The position numbers were made by a program, and so were the translations under genes. The notes beneath the pieces are model-generated. The model searched no databases. It worked only from the letters and a program-made list of their open reading frames with translations, and was not told the origin of the DNA. This document shows, piece by piece, positions 37,101 to 46,688 of a stretch of 64,000 nt of DNA. The number at the start of each line of letters is the position of its first letter. The first letter of the stretch is position 1. Source of the DNA: Candidatus Limnocylindria bacterium (lineage in GTDB: Bacteria > Chloroflexota > Limnocylindria > P2-11E); assembly GCA_035935465.1 (NCBI GenBank), contig DASYXA010000065.1:9172-73171 (forward strand), read 5' to 3'.

Positions 37101-37344
37101 TGCGACTACGAGACCTTACGTTCGGGCCTGCCCGCTGTTGCTTCCGCGCGAGGGAGTACTGACGTCCTACCGCGCGAGGCGTGCGGGTACACCCGCCAGG
37201 GGGAGGGATCCGGGCCGGCTGTCCCGTCGGTCCGTCACGCACCAGGAGCCGCGCCGGATCGCGAGCTCCGCGCGACGGGGCTCGGGCGGGGACGCCGCGG
37301 GCCGCGAGCGTTCGGCGCGCGACGGCCTCAGTATGTGAGCGCAA

Positions 37345-38346
37345 GTGGACGACCGCGTGATCGTGAGTCGTGAGCCGTTCAACGCGGAGACCCGGCTCGA
37401 CCTGCAGGACGGGCCGCTCACGGCCGACGGCCGCCATTACGTCCGCAGCCACTTCCCCTTCCCGAGCCCGCCGGCCGCCCTGGCCATCGGCGGTGCGGTA
37501 CGACAGCGACGATCGCTGTCGCTCGCCGAGCTGCGCGCGCTCCCGGGCCGCACGCTGACGGTGACCCTCGAGTGCGCGGGCAACGGCCGCTCGTTCCTCG
37601 CGCCGCCGGCGCCGGGCGAGCAGTGGGGCCTCGGCGCGGTGAGCACCGCCCGCTGGACCGGCGTCCCGCTCCGCGCGCTCCTCGAGCCCGCGGGCCTCTC
37701 CGGATCCGTCGTCGAGATCCTCTTCCGCGGCGCGGACACCGGCACGCCGCCGGACGTCGGCACGACGATCGCGTTCGAGCGCTCGCTGCCGCTCGAGCGC
37801 GCGCTCGCCGACGACGTGCTCGTCGCGTACGCGATGAACGGCGCGGACATCCCGCTCGAGCATGGCGCACCGGCACGCGTGATCGTCCCGGGCTGGTACG
37901 GCATGGCGTCGGTGAAGTGGCTGGCCGAGATCGTCGCGCTCGAGCGGCCGTTCCGCGGCTTCTACCAGGCCGACCGCTATGTGATCGGTGACGAGCCCCT
38001 CGCCGCGATGCGCCCACGCGCGGTCGTCGTCGCGCCACTTCGGTCCGTCCGTGCCGACGCCGCCACCGTGATCCGCGGATACGCGTGGTCGGGGCACGGG
38101 CCGGTGGTCCGCGTCGAGCTCTCGACGGACGGCGGCCGCAGCTGGGACGACGCGACGCTCGGCGCGGACAACGGGCCGGCGGCGTGGCGCGAGTTCCGGT
38201 CGGAGTGGCTACCGCGCCCCGGGACGTATCAGGTGCTCGCGCGCGCAACGGACCCACGTGGCGCGGCGCAGCCGCTGCGGAACGTCGTCAACGCCTTGGG
38301 GTACGCGAACAACGCGGCTCAGCCGGTGCGGGTCGACGCGCGCTGA
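37345..38346 (+). CDS. Sulfite-oxidase-family molybdopterin oxidoreductase (cytoplasmic, no Tat signal).
   Basis: TLTVTLECAGNGRS molybdopterin-Cys motif, and VKWL of the SO family dimerisation/Moco domain. Confidence 0.8.
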   Translation: MDDRVIVSREPFNAETRLDLQDGPLTADGRHYVRSHFPFPSPPAALAIGGAVRQRRSLSLAELRALPGRTLTVTLECAGNGRSFLAPPAPGEQWGLGAVSTARWTGVPLRALLEPAGLSGSVVEILFRGADTGTPPDVGTTIAFERSLPLERALADDVLVAYAMNGADIPLEHGAPARVIVPGWYGMASVKWLAEIVALERPFRGFYQADRYVIGDEPLAAMRPRAVVVAPLRSVRADAATVIRGYAWSGHGPVVRVELSTDGGRSWDDATLGADNGPAAWREFRSEWLPRPGTYQVLARATDPRGAAQPLRNVVNALGYANNAAQPVRVDAR

Positions 38347-38385
38347 CGACGGCGCGGGCCGTCGTCGCCCAGGAGAACGCGAGGG

Positions 38386-39456
38386 TCAGGACGCGGCCGA
38401 GCTGACGTCCAACGAAGGCGAAGATCGCGCCGATGGGGAGCATGCGCCGGGATGTCGCAGGAGCCATGCCGTCACGTCCTCGAGCAGCGCCTGCGCCCCG
38501 ACGATGTTCGACTCCGCGCCGGAGTGCGGGTTGAGGTGCAGCCCGTCCACCCCGTCGGCGACGCGTCCGGCCGCGCGGTCGTACACCCGCGACCCGGCCG
38601 GATTGCGCCCGTCGAACCACGCGCGGGCGTCCTGTGCCGCGGATCGGTAACGCGGGTCGCCGGTGACCAGGGCGAGCCGCCCCAAGCCGAACGCGGCGGA
38701 GGCCGCGCCATACGGCTGCACGGTCGGCAGCGCGAAGCGGCTCTCGACGAGCGGAACGACGTACGCGTCGGCGCTGCGGCGTGCGATGTCGATGAGGTCG
38801 GGCCGTCCGAGGGCCACGCCCGCCATCGCGAGGACGCCCTCCTGGATGTGTCCCCAGATGTGCGGCTCGGTCGCGTCGTGCGCGTCCATCAGCACATCCC
38901 CGCGGCGCTGCGACACGATGTCGTCGCACCACCGTGCGATCTCCGGCAGCGGATCGCCGGCGTCGAGCGCGGCCAGGACCTGGACCGCCCGCACGTCCGA
39001 CCCCACCGCTCGGTCGTCGAACGACGCGCGCGCGCGCAGGTAATCGTCGCGTGCGCGCTCGTCACCGAACACGCGCCAGACCTTGGCCATCGCGCGCGCA
39101 CCGCGGGCCTGCCAGAACGACGATCCGTCGGGGCGCGACGTGATGCCGTCGGTGTTGCGAACGCCCGTCCAATCGAGGACGAAGTTCACGAAGCGGCCGT
39201 CGTCCTGCTGCATCCAGCGACAGAATGCGAGCAGCCCGTCGACCCACTCGCGCGCGACCGGCAGCTTCGTGCGGGCCGAGAGATCGGTCCAGAGGACCAG
39301 CGCGCGGGACGCGTCATCGAGGCACGCGACGCCTTCGATGCCGCTCTCGCGCGCGGCGAAGTGCTCGCCCGCCTGATCGGCGTAGATGGCGAGGCCGAGC
39401 GCGCGCTGCTCGGGAAGGTCGAGGGGCCGCGCGAGGGCCGCGAGGCGGTTCAGCAC
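38386..39456 (-). CDS. Six-hairpin (alpha/alpha)6-barrel glycoside hydrolase/epimerase-like protein (possibly AGE family).
   Basis: 356 aa from the GTG at 39456, which overlaps the GH130 stop by 7 nt. Repeated W/aromatic-rich helical hairpins (WVDGLLAFCRWM, HIWGHIQEGVLAMAG). Family assignment is tentative. The first 197 aa of the tracked ORF are rejected. Confidence 0.5.
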   Translation of the reverse strand: MLNRLAALARPLDLPEQRALGLAIYADQAGEHFAARESGIEGVACLDDASRALVLWTDLSARTKLPVAREWVDGLLAFCRWMQQDDGRFVNFVLDWTGVRNTDGITSRPDGSSFWQARGARAMAKVWRVFGDERARDDYLRARASFDDRAVGSDVRAVQVLAALDAGDPLPEIARWCDDIVSQRRGDVLMDAHDATEPHIWGHIQEGVLAMAGVALGRPDLIDIARRSADAYVVPLVESRFALPTVQPYGAASAAFGLGRLALVTGDPRYRSAAQDARAWFDGRNPAGSRVYDRAAGRVADGVDGLHLNPHSGAESNIVGAQALLEDVTAWLLRHPGACSPSARSSPSLDVSSAAS

Positions 39457-40655
39457 GGCTCGAGGCTGTCGAGGATCTCCCGGACGTCGAGGTCTGCGGC
39501 CGCGACGACCGAATCGGCGGCGCCGTAGTAGACGCGGATGCGGTCGCTGCGCTCGTCGAGGGGGATATGCCCGCACGAGAAGACCGTGTCGTTGAACAGA
39601 CCGGTCGTCTCGTAGACCTCGGTCGGCCGCAGGATCGGCGTCGGCGATCGCGCGATGACCGTGCGCGGGTCGTCGAGGTCCATGAGCAGCGCGCCGATCG
39701 CGTACGTCGTGTCGCGATCGACGCCGTGGTACAGCTCCAGCCAGCCGCGCTCGGTCCGGAACGGCACGGCCGACGCCCCCGTCCGCAGCTCGTCCCAGGA
39801 GCCCCAGCGCGGCATCGCGAGCGGCTGGTGACCGCCCCACTCCTTCAGGTCGTCGGAGAACGCGATCCAGATGCCGAAGATCTTCGCGAACGACTGGGGC
39901 ATCGGGCGGGTCAGAGCTACGTACTTGCCCCGGATCTTCTCCGGGAAGATCACGACGTCCTTGTGATCGGGCAGGAGGATCACGCCCTTGCGGTCGAACG
40001 AGACGAAGTCCGAGGTGGTGGCCAGGCTCGTCGTGATCCCCCACCGCGACACGGACACGTAGGTCACGTGGAACGTGCCGTCGATCCAGGTGATCCGGGG
40101 ATCCTCGACGCCGTACTCCTCGAGCGCGGCCAGCGGCCCGAGCGCAACGTCCTTCTCGACCGTGAAGTGGATGCCGTCGCGTGACCGCGCCACGCGCAGG
40201 TGCGAGATCTGGGCGAGGTAGTCCTGATAGCCCTCGTTCACCAGGTGCAGCGGGCCGGTCCCGTTCTTGTAGCGGATCGCGCGCGGATCGCGGAGGTCGA
40301 GGCCCGGCAGATCCTTCGGGATGTAGGCGACCCGCACGGACGGCGGCTGCGTCGACGCGTCCATGTACGCCATGCCGATGACGTCGTCCTTCGTGTACTG
40401 ATGCGGCAGCGGCCGCTGGACCGGGTGCGGTCCGCTCAAGTCGAGCGTCAACGCGCCCGGTGGCAGCGCGAGATCGGTCCGCGGACGCTCGGCGACGCGC
40501 AACAGGAGGATGACCTCGTCCTCGATGACGGCCGTGGCCGCGTTGAAGACCGAGACGACCTCGAGGGCGTCCTGCGAGGCCGGGACATCCCGCGCGACCA
40601 GGAGCGGATTCTCAGCGAGGCGACGACCGAGGTCGGCCCGCGCGGCGACCTTCAA
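39450..40655 (-). CDS. GH130-family glycoside phosphorylase (beta-mannoside phosphorylase-like, DUF377).
   Basis: VFNAATAVIEDEVILLLRVAE...EDPRITWIDGTFHVTY...ELYHGVD is the GH130 five-bladed propeller signature. Confidence 0.8.
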   Translation of the reverse strand: MKVAARADLGRRLAENPLLVARDVPASQDALEVVSVFNAATAVIEDEVILLLRVAERPRTDLALPPGALTLDLSGPHPVQRPLPHQYTKDDVIGMAYMDASTQPPSVRVAYIPKDLPGLDLRDPRAIRYKNGTGPLHLVNEGYQDYLAQISHLRVARSRDGIHFTVEKDVALGPLAALEEYGVEDPRITWIDGTFHVTYVSVSRWGITTSLATTSDFVSFDRKGVILLPDHKDVVIFPEKIRGKYVALTRPMPQSFAKIFGIWIAFSDDLKEWGGHQPLAMPRWGSWDELRTGASAVPFRTERGWLELYHGVDRDTTYAIGALLMDLDDPRTVIARSPTPILRPTEVYETTGLFNDTVFSCGHIPLDERSDRIRVYYGAADSVVAAADLDVREILDSLEPC

Positions 40656-41833
40656 ACGGCGACGAGCGGCCCGTGCTGCTCCGGCGCGAGCACGTGCTGG
40701 GTCAGCGCGAGGACGCGCTGCCCGACGGCCGGCCAGGCGGTCTCGCGACCGTACGCGTAGGCCCGCCGCTCGAGGCGCCGCTTCAGCTCCGGATCGCCGA
40801 GGATCCGCTTCACCGCGTCCGCGATCGCGGCCGCATCGCGGAACGGGACGACGATGCCGCGATCGTCCGCGAGCGCCTCGATCGCGTGCAGGTACGGCGT
40901 GGAGACGATCGCCTTCCCGGCCCCGAGCGCGTACGCGAGCGTGCCGCTCGTGATCTGGTTCGGGTCGAGATACGGCGTCACGTAGACGTCGGATGCGAGC
41001 AGGTAGCCGACGATGTCGCGCTGGGTCAGGTACTCGTTCACGAACGCGATGTGGTCGGTCATGCCGAGCTCCTCAGCGGCGCGCTCGAGCGTGTTGCGGT
41101 ACGTCTCGCCCTGCTGCTTCAGGAGCTCCGGGTGGGTCTGGCCGACGATCAGGTACAGCGCGTTCGGGTGCCGCTCGACGATCGACGGCATCGCGTCGAT
41201 GACGTACTCGAGGCCCTTGCGCGGATCGACGAGCCCGAATGTCGAGATGATCGTGCGGCTCTCCACGCCGAGCTTCGTCTTGAGGCGATGACGGCCGGTC
41301 GGCTCGATCGCGGGCATGCCGTGCGGGATCACGACCGGCGTCTTCGTGATGCCGTAGTCCGATACGAGCAAGCGGGCTGCCGTGTGAGCCATCACGATGA
41401 CCTCGTCGCTCCGCGCGGCGATGAGCCGGACGGCCTCGCGCATCGACGGAGAGGGATCCGGCGGGACGCTGTGCAGCGTGACCAGGGCCGGCTTCCGCAG
41501 CTCGAGCAGGAACGGACGAAGGTGATCCTCGTACACGCCGTCCTTCCAGGTGCCGTACAGCCCGAACTCGTGCTGGATGTTCACCACGTCGACGTTCGAG
41601 TCGTTGAGGAGCGCGGCCGCGGACCGGTACGAATCCGGCTCGCGCTGCCGGATGCGCGCCTTGACCTCCGGACCGTACGCGCGGGCGCTGTTCGGCTCGT
41701 CGATGGCGACGACCGAGCAACGGACCGTCGGATCGGCGGCCTTCACAGCGGCCATGACGTCGGCCATGAAGGTCGCGATCCCGCAGCGGCGTGGGACCGA
41801 CGAGGACACGAACGCGATACGCATGCCATCCAT
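40652..41833 (-). CDS. GT4-family glycosyltransferase (mannosyltransferase-like).
   Basis: 393 aa from MDGMRIAFVSS. GT-B C-terminal motif region VTPYLDPNQITSGTLAYALGAGKAIVST. Confidence 0.8.
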   Translation of the reverse strand: MDGMRIAFVSSSVPRRCGIATFMADVMAAVKAADPTVRCSVVAIDEPNSARAYGPEVKARIRQREPDSYRSAAALLNDSNVDVVNIQHEFGLYGTWKDGVYEDHLRPFLLELRKPALVTLHSVPPDPSPSMREAVRLIAARSDEVIVMAHTAARLLVSDYGITKTPVVIPHGMPAIEPTGRHRLKTKLGVESRTIISTFGLVDPRKGLEYVIDAMPSIVERHPNALYLIVGQTHPELLKQQGETYRNTLERAAEELGMTDHIAFVNEYLTQRDIVGYLLASDVYVTPYLDPNQITSGTLAYALGAGKAIVSTPYLHAIEALADDRGIVVPFRDAAAIADAVKRILGDPELKRRLERRAYAYGRETAWPAVGQRVLALTQHVLAPEQHGPLVAV

Positions 41834-41859
41834 GCTAGGTGTCAGTCGGCGCTTGATTG

Positions 41860-42123
41860 TCAGCCGCGAGCGATGCGTGTTTGCTGCGCTTTCCGCTCCT
41901 TTTCGAGCGCGCGCTCGCCGGGGCCGGGCGCGTCCTCGCCGAATGGGCCCTCGCGTCCGATGCCGCCCTGCGGGACGTTCGCGGCGACCGCGCCGGGCAG
42001 CTCGATCTCCGGGACGACATCGGTGTCCATGCGCGTCGGCACGCGCTCGTCGACGGACCTGCTCTTCTCCTCGGCGGTCTCGAGGTCGTCGGACGCGCGC
42101 GCGGTGGACCTCTGATCGGGCAT
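41860..42123 (-). CDS. Small hydrophilic hypothetical protein with strong RBS.
   Basis: AAGGAGG 6 nt upstream of the ATG at 42123. 87 aa, acidic (MPDQRSTARASDDLETAEEKSR...). It lies 26 nt upstream of the GT4 gene. Confidence 0.45.
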   Translation of the reverse strand: MPDQRSTARASDDLETAEEKSRSVDERVPTRMDTDVVPEIELPGAVAANVPQGGIGREGPFGEDAPGPGERALEKERKAQQTRIARG

Positions 42124-42170
42124 GCGGCACCTCCTTGGTGACGCGGGCCGGCCGTGCATCGCCCGTGCCG

Positions 42171-42944
42171 CTAGCGGATGCCGGCGACCCCCAGCAGGCC
42201 GGGCAGGAACGAGCCGAAGAACGAGCCCGCGATCGCGGCGCCCGCGACGAGCACCAGGATCTCGAGTCCGGACACGAGCGGGCTCCGCTTGGTGAGCCGT
42301 GACTTCCACAGACCCACGCCGAACATGACGACGGCCGAGAGCGCGACCGAGACCCAGATCCCCTCGCGCACCGGAAGGAAGAAGTACGGGCCGAGCGGGA
42401 CGAGCGCGGCGAGGAAGAACGCGCCGGCCAGGATGAGCGCGCCTTGCAGCGCTGATCCGCCATGCTCGACGGCGAGGCCGAGCTCCTTCTCCACCATCGT
42501 GCGGAGGAGGACGTTGGGCTCGCGCGCGAGCTCGGCCGCGATGCGCCGCGCGGCGTCCGCCGACAGCCCTTCGCGCTCGAACATGTACGCGACCTCGGCC
42601 TCGGCCTCGCCGGGGCGCTCATCGACCTCGGCCCGCTCGGACGCGATCTGCGCGTCGAAGATCTCACGCTGGCTCTTCGAGGACATGTACTCGCCGGCGC
42701 CCATCGAGAACACCTCGGCGAGCGTCGCCGCGATGCCGCTGATGAGGACGGTGTAGGTGTCGTTGGACGCGGCCGCCACCACGCTCACGACCGCGAGGAT
42801 GCTCGTCACGCCGTCCTGCAGCCCGAACACGACCTCGCGGACCTCGGCCAGGAGGTCGGCTTCTTTGCGTTCGTCGTCGAGGTGGGCCGCCAGCCAGGCC
42901 CGGTCGTGGAACGGCCGCTCCGCGGTGGGCTCGGGGTGCCGCAT
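42171..42944 (-). CDS. VIT1/CCC1-family iron/manganese transporter.
   Basis: EVVFGLQDGVTSILAVV....GEYMS..SQREIF, two TM bundles, 257 aa. Confidence 0.8.
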   Translation of the reverse strand: MRHPEPTAERPFHDRAWLAAHLDDERKEADLLAEVREVVFGLQDGVTSILAVVSVVAAASNDTYTVLISGIAATLAEVFSMGAGEYMSSKSQREIFDAQIASERAEVDERPGEAEAEVAYMFEREGLSADAARRIAAELAREPNVLLRTMVEKELGLAVEHGGSALQGALILAGAFFLAALVPLGPYFFLPVREGIWVSVALSAVVMFGVGLWKSRLTKRSPLVSGLEILVLVAGAAIAGSFFGSFLPGLLGVAGIR

Positions 42945-43258
42945 CAGATGACCCGTCCCGGGCCGCCGTCCTCCGCCTCGAGCGGCAGGCCGGCCTGCTT
43001 CCACGCCGTCACGCCGCCGTCGAGGTTCTCGACGGTGTAGCCGAGCGTCCGCAGGCCGCGCGCCGCCGCGTCGCTCCGGTTGCCATGGCGGCAGACCGTG
43101 AGGATCGCCGTGTCCTTCGGAACCTCGGCCACGCGCGCGCGCAGCTCGCCCAGCGGGATGTGCTGCGAGCCGGCGATGTGCCCGGCCCGCCACTCGTCGG
43201 GCTCGCGGACATCGAGGAGGTGGAGGTCGGAGCGGGCCGTCGCGTCCTCGGGCGTCAT
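42944..43258 (-). CDS. Single-domain rhodanese-like sulfurtransferase.
   Basis: Active-site loop CRHGNRS. 104 aa. Stop overlaps the VIT start by 1 nt. Confidence 0.85.
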   Translation of the reverse strand: MTPEDATARSDLHLLDVREPDEWRAGHIAGSQHIPLGELRARVAEVPKDTAILTVCRHGNRSDAAARGLRTLGYTVENLDGGVTAWKQAGLPLEAEDGGPGRVI

Positions 43259-43285
43259 GCCCAGGATTCTGCGTCAGGCCGCAGG

Positions 43286-44299
43286 TCCATGGAGCCGTAT
43301 GGCACGGGCGTGATCGGCGGAACGGGGCTCCCGGCGAGCGCCTCGAGGCTCGGGCCCGAGACGCCATACTGCGTGGCGGACGCCGCGACGCAGAACGGCT
43401 GGCCAGGAGGGACACCGGTGCGCGAGCCCTACCCGCTGGCCCTCGTGCCGCTGCTCCCCCAGTTCCTCCAACGTCGCCGCGCGAAGAGCGACTTCCCGCT
43501 GCGGGCGATGGAGCGGCTGGGCCTCGACCGGCCGGCGTACTTCGCGACCATCGACCTCGCGACGCAGGATCCGCGCGGCGCGCGCCCGCAGGACATCCAG
43601 AACAGCGCGTACCGCACGACCGACGAGCCGCTCCGCGCGCCGCTGGCGGCCGCCGAGTCGGTCGGCCTGCTCGAGTGGCGCGACGGACGCTGGTCGCTGA
43701 CCGAGAAAGGCCGGGAAGCGGTCGGCGGATTCCGGCGGGCGATCGACGGCTATTTCGCGACGCTCACGCCGATCGACGCGCACGATCTCGATCGGCTCGC
43801 CGGGCTCCTGGACGACGCGCTCGCTGCGTGCCTCCGGTCCGCGGATCCGAAGACGCGTGACCACACGGCGCGCGCGGCGCGCTACCGCTGGCAGGAGCCG
43901 TCGTCGGCGTTCGCGCGGCTGGACGCGGCGGTCTACGGGCTCTGGCAGGTGCGCGACGATTGCCACGTCCAGGCCTGGCGCGACGCGGGCCTCTCCGGCC
44001 CGACGCTCGACGTGCTCACCCGGGTGTGGCGCGCGGAAGCCGCGTCCGCGGACGAGCTGGCCACGAAGATCAGCACCCAGACGGCCGCGGACGTCCGGGC
44101 ATCGGTGCAGCGGCTGCGCGCTGACGGACTCGTGACCCCGGGTCCGGAGCTCGGTCTCACACCCAGGGGAACCGCCATCCGCGAGGGCATCGAGGCGGCG
44201 ACGGACCGCTACTTCTTCGCGCCCTGGCCCGACGCCGTGGCTGCGACGGCCGACTGGGTGACCGAGCGGCTGGGGGCGGTGAACGCGGCGCTCGCCTAG
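43286..44299 (+). CDS. Hypothetical protein with two winged-helix-like segments.
   Basis: GLLEWRDGRWSLTEKGREA and RLRADGLVTPGPELGLTPRGTAIREG resemble MarR/PadR-type wings. The 67 aa of the tracked ORF before the ATG at 43286 are rejected. Confidence 0.5.
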   Translation, partial: SMEPYGTGVIGGTGLPASASRLGPETPYCVADAATQNGWPGGTPVREPYPLALVPLLPQFLQRRRAKSDFPLRAMERLGLDRPAYFATIDLATQDPRGARPQDIQNSAYRTTDEPLRAPLAAAESVGLLEWRDGRWSLTEKGREAVGGFRRAIDGYFATLTPIDAHDLDRLAGLLDDALAACLRSADPKTRDHTARAARYRWQEPSSAFARLDAAVYGLWQVRDDCHVQAWRDAGLSGPTLDVLTRVWRAEAASADELATKISTQTAADVRASVQRLRADGLVTPGPELGLTPRGTAIREGIEAATDRYFFAPWPDAVAATADWVTERLGAVNAALA

Positions 44300-44356
44300 A
44301 GCCCCCTTTCCACGATCGTTACGTCTGGCACCGATATTGCGAACGCACCGTGCAGA

Positions 44357-45118
44357 ATGGCGATCGCGAATCCGGGCCAGCAAGCCGAGCGCAGCGTCAC
44401 CCACGACGCGCGGATCCTGGTCGTGGATGACGAGCCCGACATCGCCGATCTCCTGGGAACGGTGCTGCGCGAAGAGGGCTTCACCGTCCGCGTGGTCACC
44501 GACTCGCGCCAGGCGCTCGAGGTCTTCAACAGCTTCCGCCCGGACCTGGTGAGCCTCGACGTGATGATGCCGAGCGTCGATGGGATCAGCATCTGCCTGC
44601 AGCTCCGCCGGGAGACCGACGTCCCGGTCCTGTTCGTGTCGGCGAAGAGCGATCCGCCGGATCGCGTCGTGGGCCTGCGGATCGGCGCGGACGATTACAT
44701 GGGCAAGCCGTTCGACAACAACGAGCTCGTGGCGCGCGTCGAGGCGCTCCTGCGCCGGCGCTCGTACGCCGCGGTCGCCGATCGCGACCGGCGCCAGCTG
44801 CGCTTCGGTCTGTTCATCATCGATCTCGGCAGCGTGCAGGCGATCCGCGGCGACACCGCGCTTCCGCTGACGCCCACCGAGTTCAAGCTGCTGAAGGCGC
44901 TCGGCGGCGAGCCGGGCCGCGTCTTCACGCGCGACGACCTGCTCATCGGCGTGTGGGGCTACACGCCCGGAAGCGACACCCGCCTCGTCGACGTGCACGT
45001 CGGCCGGTTGCGCAAGAAGCTGCTGGACGCCGGGGTGAGCGAGGTGGCGATCGAGACCGCTCGTGGCTTCGGATACAAGCTCACCGTGACGCAGCCGGGA
45101 CAGCCGCCCGAGAGCTAG
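44357..45118 (+). CDS. OmpR-family two-component response regulator.
   Basis: Receiver (ILVVDDEPDIADLL..DVMMP) plus C-terminal winged helix (LTPTEFKLLKAL....RLVDVHVGRLRKKL). Confidence 0.9.
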   Translation: MAIANPGQQAERSVTHDARILVVDDEPDIADLLGTVLREEGFTVRVVTDSRQALEVFNSFRPDLVSLDVMMPSVDGISICLQLRRETDVPVLFVSAKSDPPDRVVGLRIGADDYMGKPFDNNELVARVEALLRRRSYAAVADRDRRQLRFGLFIIDLGSVQAIRGDTALPLTPTEFKLLKALGGEPGRVFTRDDLLIGVWGYTPGSDTRLVDVHVGRLRKKLLDAGVSEVAIETARGFGYKLTVTQPGQPPES

Positions 45119-45119
45119 C

Positions 45120-46145
45120 TCAGCCAGCCGCCCGCGCGGGGCGCAGCGCGTCGAGCCCCCGCAGCATCGCGCCGAACTGATCGAAGGTCAGCGACTGCGG
45201 CCCGTCGGACAGGGCGCGCTCCGGATCCGGATGCACTTCGATGATCAGCCCGTCCGCGCCCGCGGCAACGGCCGCGCGCGCCAGCGCGGGCACGTACGAC
45301 GCCTTCCCGGTGCCGTGGCTCGGGTCGACGACGACCGGCAGGTGCGACAGCTCGTGGACGACCGCGACCGCCGAGACGTCGAGCACGTTGCGGGTCGCGG
45401 TCTCGCCGCCCGGGGCCGGAAGGCCGCGCTCGCAGAGCATCACGTTCCGATTGCCTTCGCGCAGGATGTACTCGGCGCACAGCAGCCAGTTCTCGATCGT
45501 CGGGTACATCCCGCCCCGCTTGAGCAGCACGGGGTGGCCGGAGCGGCCGACCTCGCGGAGGAGCGCGTAGTTCTGCATATTGCGCGCGCCGATCTGGAGG
45601 ATGTCGACGTACTGGGCGCAGAGCGCGACGTCGTGCGGGTCGAGCACCTCGGAGACGATGGGCATCCCGGTCTCACGCTTCGCGCGCGCCAGGATCTCGA
45701 GGCCGTCCCGGCCGAGACCCTGGAAGTCGTAGGGCGAGGTCCGCGGCTTGAACGCACCGCCGCGGAGGACGTGTGCGCCGGCCGCCTTCACCGCGCGCGC
45801 GGTCGAGAGCAGCTGCTCCTCGCTCTCGACCGAGCACGGCCCGGCCATGACCACCAGCGAGCCGCCGCCGATCTCGAGACCGTCGACCTTGACCACCGTG
45901 GGGTCGGGCTGGAACTCGCGCGAGGCGAGCTTGAACCGCTTGAGCACCGGCACGACCTTCTCGACGGCCGGCAGTGACTGCAGCTGCTCGGCGAGCCGCG
46001 CCTTGTCGTCGTCGAGCACGCCGATCGCGCCGATGACGCTGACCTCGCTGCCGGACAGGTTCGCGCCGTAGCCGCGCTCGGTGAGGCGATCGACGACGTG
46101 GTCGATCTGCTCTTTCGTCGCACCCTTCCGCATGATGATGATCAC
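45120..46145 (-). CDS. 3-deoxy-7-phosphoheptulonate (DAHP) synthase, type I-beta with N-terminal ferredoxin-like regulatory domain (Thermotoga-type). KDO8P synthase is a less likely alternative.
   Basis: VIIIMRKGATKEQIDHV (compare MIVVLKPG.TEE.I of Thermotoga DAHPS), ....GPCSVES....LRGGAFKPRTSPY...KRGG. GTG start at 46145. Confidence 0.75.
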   Translation of the reverse strand: MIIIMRKGATKEQIDHVVDRLTERGYGANLSGSEVSVIGAIGVLDDDKARLAEQLQSLPAVEKVVPVLKRFKLASREFQPDPTVVKVDGLEIGGGSLVVMAGPCSVESEEQLLSTARAVKAAGAHVLRGGAFKPRTSPYDFQGLGRDGLEILARAKRETGMPIVSEVLDPHDVALCAQYVDILQIGARNMQNYALLREVGRSGHPVLLKRGGMYPTIENWLLCAEYILREGNRNVMLCERGLPAPGGETATRNVLDVSAVAVVHELSHLPVVVDPSHGTGKASYVPALARAAVAAGADGLIIEVHPDPERALSDGPQSLTFDQFGAMLRGLDALRPARAAG

Positions 46146-46163
46146 GCGAATATCGTACGAGCC

Positions 46164-46688
46164 GTGCCGCTGTACGTGTTCAAAGGCAAGTCGCCGCGGG
46201 TGCATCCGACCGCGTTCGTCGCCCCGACCGCCGTGCTGATCGGCGACGTGACGCTGCACGAGAACGCGTCGGTCTGGTTCGGCACCGTGCTCCGCGCCGA
46301 CATGGACCGCATCGAGATCGGCGCCCGGTCGAACGTGCAGGACAACAGCACGATCCACACGGACGAGGGCGAGCCGACCATCATCGGCGAGGACGTCACC
46401 ATCGGGCACAACGCCCTCGTCCATTCGAGCGTCGTGGAGCGCAACGTGCTCATCGGCCAGGCCGCGGTCCTCGTCGGGGGCTGCGTGATCGGGACCGGCT
46501 CGATCGTCGGCGCCGGTGCGGTCGTGCCCGCGAGGATGACCGTGCCGCCCCGCTCGCTCGTGGTCGGCGTGCCCGGGAAGGTCGTGCGCGAAGCGAGGCC
46601 GGATGACGAGCGCTGGACCGTGAAGGCGGCGGAGCATTACGTCGAGCTCGGCGCCTGGTACCGCGACAACATCGACGGGCATCGGTAG
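46164..46688 (+). CDS. Gamma-carbonic-anhydrase / hexapeptide-repeat (LbH, PaaY/YrdA-like) protein.
   Basis: Left-handed beta-helix hexapeptide repeats (IGDVTL, IGARSNV, IGEDVTIGHNALV) and metal-site His residues. GTG start at VPLYVF. Confidence 0.8.
   Translation: MPLYVFKGKSPRVHPTAFVAPTAVLIGDVTLHENASVWFGTVLRADMDRIEIGARSNVQDNSTIHTDEGEPTIIGEDVTIGHNALVHSSVVERNVLIGQAAVLVGGCVIGTGSIVGAGAVVPARMTVPPRSLVVGVPGKVVREARPDDERWTVKAAEHYVELGAWYRDNIDGHR

Noticed and set aside
37101-37344. 244-nt GC-rich leader before the sulfite-oxidase-family gene, considered as a possible Moco riboswitch or other cis-regulatory RNA.
   Set aside because: I could not recognise any known riboswitch consensus by eye. It may simply be the divergent promoter region shared with the GGDEF gene.
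43274-44998. 574-aa minus-strand ORF and other long R-rich ORFs (46637–48196, 51156–53057, 51599–53437, 54142–55404, 61742–62917, 62689–63993).
   Set aside because: All are antisense or out-of-frame to strongly conserved genes (hutH, hutU, histidine kinase, TRAP permease, GT-C) and have an extreme Arg/Asp/Gly bias.
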